NCBI GenBank assembly: GCA_964016885.1
Contig: OZ024741.1
Location: 113,088,001 to 113,152,000, forward strand
Origin: Eledone cirrhosa
Taxonomy: Eukaryota
DNA: 64,000 nt
Direction of reading: 5' to 3'
The notes below the pieces were generated by a model. That model did no database searches, was not told where the DNA came from, and was given only the letters and a program-made list of their open reading frames with translations. The position numbers and the translations under genes are program-made. This document shows positions 54,178 to 64,000 of this stretch, piece after piece (the first letter of the stretch is position 1; the number at the start of each line of letters is the position of its first letter).

Positions 54178-55684
54178 TTAATAGCCTCTATTCCTACATT
54201 ATCAACATCATCATCATACTTTTATGTCTGCTTTTCCATGCTTGCATGAGTTGAACAGGTCTTTTCCAGCATCACCTCCCTCTAGCAACTGCTTTCCTAT
54301 GCTGTCTCCTCTGTGAAATTCAGTGTTTTGAGAACTGCTTTTATAACCTCTGATCAAGTAATCTTTGACCATTCTCTACTGGGAACTCCTGGTGCTTCTT
54401 CACTTAACAATCAACTACATTTAATTCCTTTTATACACAGTTTTTCTCTCAGGCCATACATACTTTGCTATTCATGTAACATGCTCATTACATTTTCTCT
54501 AGCCAGTGCTCATCCTCTCTCATACTTAATTATTTTCATTCATTTTCTCCCCTCAACAATCAATAACAAAATAAAATATCTTTATATACTTAGCTTATTC
54601 TTCATCACCATTCAATTCTCCTACATTACAGTTTTCATAATCATCTAAGGCATAGCGATCAGGTGATTAGCCCTGGTCATTGGTTCAATTTTGCCCAAGG
54701 GGTAATTTGAACTTAGAACACAAATTACTTGAACAGATAGCACAATGAATAGGCATAGGCAAGATGATTTGTGAAAAACCAGGATTAACCTATGCATACT
54801 AGTCTCCCCTCTCCTTCTGATGTTATCCAATGGAAAGAAAGGCAAAGACTGATACAGATTAGTGAACTGGAGCAAAGTGAACTGAAAAGTCTTGCTCATG
54901 ACCACAATGTGCTTCTTGATCCAGGAATCAAATTCATGACCTTGTGATCATGAGTCCAACACCCTAACCACTTTAGTTTAGATATAAAAGTTCTATGTAC
55001 TAATGGCTTATTGGAGAAATGCATTGCTCAAATTACAAAGTTCTTAATTCAAATATAGTCTGTGATAAGGAACATAACAAGGAATAAGACAGCTGATGAT
55101 GATGATGATCAAAGATCAGAGTGATTGAAATGTTGTGCAGATATAATAAAGATCGTAAATATACACTCTTAGAGATAAGATTAATAGTGTGAAGAAATTA
55201 TAATCTTTATAAAAACTAATTTCAGACATTTAGAAATTTAATGTACTTTAACTTATTGAACTCTTTTCCTAGTTTTTAACAGTTTGACATTTATGTGGAA
55301 TCACCTTGCTCTATTTATATACCAAATAAGTGTGTATTGATTGTAAATGCATGAAACAAGTATCTATAATTGTCAGTAAATGTATGTGTATGTCTGCTCA
55401 TATATTATGGTCTTGTAGGCTAATGTCAGCATGTGTGCATGTGTATGAACAAGACATTATTTTATTTGGTAGTTTTACTTTCTAAGGCAAATGTCAATTG
55501 ATTTTGAGGTAGAAGTTGATTTGACAAGCATTAGTCTTTTTCTGTATGTTTATATGTGCAAATAATTGCTTGTCTGTCTTTATATGTTTCTAAATCCGTG
55601 TAATTTTCTTTATACTCAAAAGTCGTGCTTTGTTCCTATGATCTTGAACTTTGATTTTCACTGAATAAAATATACGTGTGTGTA

Positions 55685-56129
55685 TCATCATCATCATCAT
55701 CACTGTTTTACGTCCGTTCTTCCACGCTAGCATGGGTTAGACGGGTTGTCCTGTTGTGGGTAGTGTCCGGTCGGCTGACCTTGTTTTGCTTATACGGGAA
55801 CTGATTCTGGCTTGATTTTTACAGCTGGATGCCCTTCCTAACGCCAACCTCATTTACAGTGAGTGCTGGGTGCTTTTTTTCTGTGGCGCCTACACGTCCA
55901 CTTTACAGTGTGGGCTGGGTGCTTTTTTGCCGTGGCACCTCCACGACCACTTTACAGTGGAATGATAGGGACCCAAGTCCTATCATCTCATTTCTACAGC
56001 TGAGTAAACTGGAGCAATGTGAAATAAAGTGTCTCGCTAGAGGAAACAACACATCACCCGGTCCGAGAATTGAACTCACAACCTTTTGATTGCAAGCCCA
56101 ATGCTCTAACCACTAAGCCATGTGCCTCC
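55685..56129 (-). mobile_element. Full-length CORE-type SINE with complete RTE family B tail
   Basis: Same head and core as 2428 and 7418; 55685-55958 aligns to the RTE-B 3' UTR at 34318-34585. Confidence 0.88.
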
Positions 56130-56489
56130 GGACGTAAAATGATGATGATGATGATGATGATGAGGGACATAAAGTGAAATAGATATATTTGAATATATAT
56201 ATATATATATTTATTGTGTTATACTTTGGGAGGGTCATTCTTCCAATAAAAACACCCGCACCTGTTGGATTTCACTTCAAATTTTGTCAGTTTCCAGTTG
56301 GTTGGTTGGTTGGTTTGATAACTGCAAAGTTCTTTATATATGGTCAAAGCTCTTTCGTCACACATTCTGTGACATCCTCAGTGACTAGGTTTTTATTTTG
56401 TGTCTCTCCTTTGTTCTGTCCTACATACACCATCTTGTTTTTGTGTATTGTGTTTAGTTTGTGCAAACTAAGCACACAACACAGAACAA

Positions 56490-56701
56490 AGGAGATTCCG
56501 GGATTGCATGTTATGTTCTTGAGCAAAACATTTCATTTCATTTTGCTCAGCTGAAAATGAGTACCACCAATAGTTGGGGGTTTAACCCTGCGATTGACTA
56601 GCACCCTGTCCAGGGAGGAGTATTGTACTCTCAGTCACTTCACGCCATAAAACCAGGGTAAGCACCAGCCAAATGAGCCTTCTAGTTTAAGACAGACTTT
56701 A
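56490..56701 (+). mobile_element. SINE with CORE-like segment and a different tail; antisense relative at about 54745-54975
   Basis: ttgagcaaaacatttc...ccctgcgattgactagcaccctgtccagggaggag...ctcagtcacttcacgcc. Confidence 0.6.
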
Positions 56702-57359
56702 GACTGAATCTTTTCATATATTATATATATATATATATATATAATATGTACATATATTATATATATATAACCGTAAAAAATTATTTTTTGAAAATGAAAA
56801 TAGAAACAAAAAAACACAGAACTCCAGGGTCATCGGCCATTAAGATAGACTTTGGCAGTTATGACACATACCAACAGTACCGCTGGTCCATCTAAGGTCA
56901 CAGCATCTGACACAAGCCAAAGCACAGTCCAGTGGAGTAAGGGACAAGACAACTATATACTCTTTTACTCTTTTACCTGTTCCAGTCATCCGGCTGAGGA
57001 CATGCTGGGGCACTGACCGGGGTAGAAGCTGTTAAATGTTCAGTCGCCCTCATGTCTCTGATTTTCAGCCCCATGGATTTTGTCTATTATATTCCTTTGT
57101 TATATTTCGAATACCTGATAATGTCTCCAGATTCATACTGAACCCAGTCATTGAAATGATCATAGTATAATAAACCTTTTAAGGAATTACACCACTCCAG
57201 CCTCCTGTTATTTTATAATAATTAACTCCATACTCACACCACCAACTACACAAACAAAGACGGGTGAGTTGCATTGCGTTGATTGCTCTCCATAATATTA
57301 CATCAAGGTTGACCATACGGAATGACCAGTTCTATCCAGTGGTGAACCAACAAACCTAA

Positions 57360-57402
<43 letters not shown>

Positions 57403-57450
57403 TATACACATATATATGTATATATATCATCATCATCATCGTTTAACGTC

Positions 57451-57693
57451 CATCTTCCACGCTAGCATGGGTTAGACGGTTTTGTTTCATTTGGTGCTGG
57501 AATGGTCGGGAGACTGTGTCTCGCTTGCACAGAAGTGTCTCTGGCAGGTTTTTTACAGCTGGATGCCCTTCATAACACCATCCAGCTGTAAAAGACCTGC
57601 CAGAGACATTTCTGTGTGAGCAAGACATAGTCTCCCGACCATTCCCACATCAAATGGAACAAAATTGTCTAACCCATGCTAGTGTGGAAGATG
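57451..57693. repeat. Foldback of an RTE-type 3' end with 115-bp arms and a 13-nt loop
   Basis: Arms 57451-57565 and 57579-57693 differ by 13 substitutions and no indels. Confidence 0.9.
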
Positions 57694-57720
57694 TATATAT
57701 CAATATATATATATATATAT

Positions 57721-60333
57721 GATGGGTTAGGTGGGGTGGGCATATTATTGGCTGAGAGATGGATCAATAAGACAATAGAGGTAGTTAGAGTTAGTAATAG
57801 AATAATTAAGCTTAGATTAGTTGTAGGCAAGAGACTACTGACAATCATCTCTGCCTATGCTCCCCAGGCAGGCCTAGGTAAAGAAGAGAAAGACTGCTTT
57901 TACGAGCAACTTTTACAAATAGCCTCAATGACAGAGAACAGAGACATCGTTATGCTAGCAGGAGACTTCAATGGACATGTTGGACTGTTCCAGGATGGAT
58001 ACAATTGGGTACATGATGGGCACGGTTACGGCTCAAGAAATGAAGGAGTGAGGCTTCTTGAATTTTGTGATGCAAGTGCACTAACCATTTGCAACACTAA
58101 CTTCCAGAAGCCTACCAACCACCTAATAACCTACAAATCAGGCGAGCACATAAGCCAGATTGACTTCTGCTAGTTAGACAGCTGGTCTCAAATACTAAGG
58201 CATACCCCAGGGAAGAATGAACCCCACACATAGGATAGTCGTTAGTAGTTAGGACCATTAGAGACAAAAGACTCGCACGGAAGGCTTGTAACAATGGTGG
58301 GAGTAGGGAAGGATACACAGCTGCTAAGAGAGAAGCTAGACATCAGGTGTACTTAGCATGCAGGGAGGCTGAGAGTAGGAGGTTTGCCAATGTTCTGCGA
58401 CCGGAAGATAAGGGATGTGCAGTGTTCCACATTGCAAGACAGTGTGTCAGTGCAAATCAGGATGTTGTTGGAAATAATTGTGTCCAGAATGATGCCGGTG
58501 TACTTAGTGTCACGAATGATCAAAATAAGGAGGCCTGGAAATGTCACTATGAGAGACTGATAAATGTGGAGAATGAATGGGAGAGAGAGAAATTACCCCC
58601 AGTAGACTCGACAGAGGGATCAGCTATTGAGATTGACGAATATAGGGTACAAGAAGCAATTAAGGAAATAAAGAATGATAAGGCTGCTAGACCGTCGGGG
58701 TTAGTTGCTGAGATGCTGAAGGCATAAGGAGAAGTAGGCACTAAACTGGTTGCACGCATCATCAATCAAGCTATATATGGTGGTGTCATACCCAAAGACT
58801 AGTACAGCAGTATTCTCATAAATTGCTACAAAGGTAAAGGGGACGCTCTAGAGAGGAGCAATTATAGGGGTATAAAGCTGATGGATCAGGTTATGAAAGT
58901 GGCAGAGAGAATATTAGCACAAATAATTAGAGAAAGGGTCAAACTAGATGAGATGCAGTTTGTGCCTGGGAAAAGTACAACGGATGCCCTCTTCTTTGTG
59001 AGACAACTACAAGAGAAGTTCTAAGAGAAGAATAAGCCACTATACTTAGCTTTTGTTGACCTAGAGAAGGCCTTTGATAGGGTACCCGGATCTGTCATCT
59101 GCTGGTCCCTAAGGAAACTAGGTGTAGAGGAATGGCTTGTGAGGACAGTGCAAGCTATGTACAGGGGTGCTGTCAGTAAAGTGAGAATAAGTATGGAGTT
59201 TAGTGAGGAATTCCAGATACAAGTAGGTGTACATCATTGTTCAGTCCTCAGCCCGCTCTTGTTCATTAAAGTCCTCCAAGCCATAACAGAGGAATTTAAG
59301 ACTGGATGCCCATGGGAACTTCTCTATGCTGATGATCTGGTTCTTATAGCAGAATCAGTAGAGAAGCTAGAGAATAAATTCTGGCTATGGAAACAACAGT
59401 TGGAATCAAGGGGACTGAGAGTGAACAGAGCTAAGACAAAAGTGTTGATAAGTAGAAGAGAGGACAATACTCTGATTCCATCAGGGAAATGGCCATGTTC
59501 GATATGTAGAAAAAGGAAGAGGCATAAATTCCATAAAATGTATGCAATGCAGATCTTGGGTACACAAGAGATGGTGTGGGATAGCAGGCAAACTAACAGG
59601 TAGAGAAAACTACGTATGCAGTAGATGTACAGGGAAATTTGGCAGTAGTAATCGCAGTGATAGACACATTTTTCCAATGCAGGTGGGTTCTATAGAAGTG
59701 GTTGATAGCTTCCGGTACCTAGGTGATCAGATTAGCATGGGAGGGGTGGGGGTGTTCCGAGGCCATAGTATCTAGAATAAGGACGGGTTGGAAGAAGTTT
59801 AGGGAGTTGCTTCCTCTGTTGACAAAGAAGGGTTTCTCCCTGTGTATGAAAGGACGGTTATATGATGCCTGTGTGAGATGTGTGATACTGCATGGTAGTG
59901 AGACATGGGCAGCAACTGCAGAGGATATGCGACGGCTGGAGAGAAATGAAGCCAGTATGCTCCGTTGGATGTGCAATGTCAATGTGTGTGAATGACCGAG
60001 CATGGATGAGGAAGAAACTGGGTATAAGAAGGATAAGTTGTGGTGTGCAGAAGAGAAGGCTGAGATGGTATGGACATGTGATGCACATAGAGGATGACCG
60101 CTGGGTAAAGATGTACCAAGAAATGCCAGTTGAAGGAAGACATGGTAGAGGTAGACCACAAAAAACATGGGTGGAGGTGGTGAGAGCAGACCTCAGATCG
60201 CTGAAACTCACAGAGCAGATGACGAAGGTCTGTGACAAGTGGAGAGATGCTGTACTGAATAGGACCCGTCCAACCCTTGCAAGCAGGGAAAAGCGGATGT
60301 AAAATGATGATGATGATGATGATGATGATGATG
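57721..60333 (+). mobile_element. RTE-clade LINE family A, 5'-truncated, with internal deletions
   Basis: GVGILLAERW, AGDFNGHVG, FVDLEKAFDRVP, LLYADDLVL and LRWYGHV; (GAT)n tail; deletion near 58170-58255 relative to the 27528 copy. Confidence 0.95.
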
Positions 60334-60993
60334 CACACATGCACATATATATAACACTATTGATTTAGAAGCATTGGGAATATTTGAAATTTGTGTAGAA
60401 TTCATGGCCAGTGACTCTTTAGTATAAATCATTCAACCTGGTTAATCAAAACACTCAAAACAATTCCTTTCTATACCATATGATCTAGCATTGCTGTTCT
60501 GAGTCCTCTGAGGTGCATTTCTGAATCTCATGAAATAGTTTTTGTATGATTTGCTTTTTGACAATGGATATATCCAGAGGGCTTCCATAGTAGAAGTAAT
60601 GAAATTACTTCCCTGTCCACCCTAAAACAATGGTCTGCAAATACCAGCTGAGATTCTTCACTCTTCTAAGTTGGTGTATGCACCATCTAAGTACATTTTT
60701 AAGCTAATGCACTTACCAGACATACACCTACAATCTAATATTTTCCAAGAAGGTAGAATATGATTTGAAGGTTGCTATTTCTAAGAAAGTTGGCAACTAT
60801 ATTAAGGCTCCCTCACTGGCTCAGACTTCCTCAGTTATTTTGCTCTATCAAAATAATTCTATTAATAGTTTGTTTACAACATTTTTAAGATGACATCATC
60901 ATCATCACCCTTTTATGACACATACACTCTTTCATCTGTTAGTATCTGGGCATATTCCAATGCTAAAGTAGCTATGACATGATCACATTTTAA

Positions 60994-61148
60994 CCTTTTC
61001 AATACCAAACCACTCAAAACAGCCCCTAATTATATGATACAAAACTGTTTTAGTTATATTCCTAAATCCTTGCAATTTTTTTATTGTATTCAAAATAATT
61101 TGAAAATCTTGAGTGTTCTCTTTTATTAAAAGTATGGTAACAAAAGGG
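60994..61148. mobile_element. TTAA-flanked MITE (piggyBac-type); relatives at about 22099, 23850-24002 and 62955-63160
   Basis: TTAA|CCTTTTCAATACCA ... TGGTAACAAAAGGG|TTAA imperfect TIRs. Confidence 0.7.
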
Positions 61149-61482
61149 TTAAAATATTCACAGCAACGCTGTATGTTTATTATACATAGACATACTGCTT
61201 CTGTGTTCATATACGCCTTTATTAATTTTAGTGTTTGCCAATCGTTTGCCAATTTTAGTTTATTTGTGTGTATTGTTGCATAGAATATATTGATACGGTA
61301 ATTACTTCTTTCATCATATAATTTATATTTGACTTTGATATTTGTATCTAAATAATTAACTGATAATTTGTTGTTTACTTTTTTAAATCTCTACTTATTA
61401 AACATATATCTTTAAAATATCTGTTGTATCAAATTTTTATAAAAGGGTGATAGGAATAGAGCCAATGATGAATGTTGTGAAA

Positions 61483-61569
61483 ATAATTTGGAGTATCTAT
61501 CTGATATTTTGATAATTTGGAGTATCTATCTGATATTTTGATAATTTGGAGTATCTATCTGATATTTTG
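61483..61569. repeat. Perfect 29-bp tandem repeat x 3
   Basis: Unit ataatttggagtatctatctgatattttg. Confidence 0.95.
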
Positions 61570-62416
61570 AAGAGGGCATGAGATGATAATGTTATCAAAA
61601 GGGTTAAACCATGAGATGGATTAAATATATTTTAATATTCCTAGATTCTGAGTTCAAATAGTATGAGGGCTGATGACACAAGTATTAGTACTATAGCAGA
61701 GTCAATCTATTTGCTTATAATTCATCTGCAAAATTAGCTATATGTCAATAGAAAAAATGATTTCCAATTTACATTTTATTTTATTCAAAATGCCACCACC
61801 ATAAATGAAACTTAAGAGTTAATCAGCCTTGGGGTCCCAGCAAATAGGATAGAGAAGACATTGTCCCAGAGGATAGCAAGGGAGATATACTGAAATAGTC
61901 ACTCCACCTCACAAGGATTGCACTTGCAGATTGCCAACTCTGCTTTGATAGCAGTGAGGAGGGATGTGGTCCAGGGGCACAAAACTCCAGAAGTCTCTAC
62001 TGTCATAGGTTCAAGCACAAACCTATCAGAGAGTGGCCAATACTTGCAGTATTGCTTTGAATTTTGATGAGGCTATTTATGTAATGTTAAGTTGCAAGCC
62101 CAATAGAATATTGTATATAATGCTTTGTGTTATTTATTCCATCAATCTGAATTCAAATTCTTCTGAAGTCAATAAGAAAATGATTGTTTTGTACTGGAGT
62201 CAATTCTTCCTATTTATCTCTTTCTCACTTCTCTATACCCTCTCTCTCTCTCTATATATATATATATCATCATCATCATCATCATCATCGTTTAACGTCC
62301 CTGTTCCACGCTTGCATGGGTTTGGACGGGGGTTTTCCCACTTGAGGCAAGAGTGGTTGTCTTGCTCGCATAGGACTGTCTGGCGGGTTTTCTACAGCTG
62401 GATGCCCTTCCTAACA

Positions 62417-62452
<36 letters not shown>

Positions 62453-64000
62453 TATAAATATATATCTTTCTGTGGAAAAAATTGACTGATTTGAATTGGA
62501 GAGGTGAAGGGTTCTTCCATGTTTAAAATGTCCAAGTTTGTCATTACAGTACCCCTATAAATGCCAGGAGTTATGGGTCTATACACCGACATATATGTAA
62601 TGTCACTATGAGATATCAGCAAATAACATGAGGTCTTGGATTTTTAGTGAATTGCAGATCTTAGTTGAATGTACTGTATGACTATTGTCTTGATGAATAT
62701 AGAAAATGTGTATTTCATTGTTATGGCTCCATTGAAGTATGTTTTTTGAAATCTCTGCTTGTCGAAGAAAAGCATATCTGGTGTGGGATGCCATATTAGT
62801 ATACAGATGATTGGATTTGCTTAAGCTTTTAAGCTCTCATGATTACAGAAGTTGTAGTTGGCTGCCATTTCAAGCAGGTTAAATGTCTCCATAAAGGTTC
62901 CTTAATTGGCTAATTACGGGAAGACTATGACATCATAATGGTAAGAGAGATACATCAACCCATTCCCTACAATATTTTTAATGATTGTCTATGATTTTCA
63001 AATTATTTTGAAAATAATCAAACCTTTATAGAGACTATATAACTACTTTGTCATTATCAAGCTGTTGTTTGGTACATAACTTAAGTAAGCTTCTTACATA
63101 AAATTATGATGGAAGGTTTGGGGATTAATAAAAGAGCTTAGTATCATAGAACCAGGGGCAGTTATTCACATGCATATATATTAATATATACAACTAGACC
63201 ACTCGTGACCTGTTGGGTCATGTTCACTTCAACATATTTTTTAAAAATCATGTTCACTTAAAAATAATTTTTAAATAATTAAAATATACACAGGCATGCA
63301 TATAATGTGAAATGAAATTGGAAGGTGCATATATATATATACGGGTGTGTATGTATATATTTGTAAATGTGTGTGTGTGAATACATATATATATGTGTGT
63401 GTGTATATATATATGTGGGTGTCTGTGATCTACATACACTGGTCATAGACACACACACACATATATACACACACACACTCACATATATATGTACACAACA
63501 ACACCACTAGCTCCTTCTCTCTATGTCTCTCTTTCAATATACTCTCTCACAACCACTATCTCTTTCTCTCTATCCTTCTCCCTCTCTGTTTATGAAGGTA
63601 CCCAGAAAACCCCATATCTCGGGAACTCGTGCTTCGATTACACAGAACTTGTTTATTCCATTTGTATTCCCATTTCAGGGGCAACTTCCTTTCAAAGTAT
63701 TTCCCATTATGTGCTCTTTTGGTTGTATTACATTACAGACAAGCAAGCAAGCAAGCAAGCAATCACAGACTTTTAGTAATTTATAGATAGATACGTATAT
63801 ATGTATTTAAGGTCACTCTTCGGTGCAACTGGTAACATATAACTTAGTACAACCTATGCATGGTCAGGTCACCGGCAACTAAACCAGCTTGATGAGAAGG
63901 GTGAAAAACAAAACCCTTCGAAGGGCAGAGAAATTCAGGAGAGACAATGGCCACCCAATAAAGTTTTTTTTTTTGTGGAATGAGTGGCTCCTAGTCTTCA

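Overview
AT-rich, repeat-saturated eukaryotic non-coding DNA. It is most likely intronic or intergenic sequence of a coleoid cephalopod (octopus-like); this is inferred from the very dense (TA)n/(CA)n microsatellites, tRNA-derived CORE-type SINEs and abundant RTE LINEs, not proven. No host protein-coding gene can be firmly supported, and most ORF-track entries are microsatellite artefacts or LINE fragments. The window holds: several RTE-clade LINE families; a near-intact R4/Dong-type REL-endonuclease retrotransposon (37.5-41.2 kb); a Penelope-like element with RT and GIY-YIG domains (5.15-7.4 kb); a non-autonomous Helitron; TTAA/piggyBac-type MITEs; several SINE families; foldbacks; and minisatellites. 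The strongest signal not visible in the ORF track is a set of eight type I hammerhead ribozyme (HHR) motifs in the first 33 kb, carried by Penelope-like terminal fragments next to (TA)n arrays. They include a covarying subfamily with a conserved C-C mismatch, U3-A8 compensatory core variants, and one HHR split by a roughly 390-nt loop-II expansion. Other notable items are a SINE tail swap between two RTE partners at a CCCGT microhomology, a twin-priming-like 5' inversion in an RTE, a strictly 40-nt-periodic but highly diverged array, and a G-U-biased 115-bp foldback. All coordinates and alignments were read by eye.
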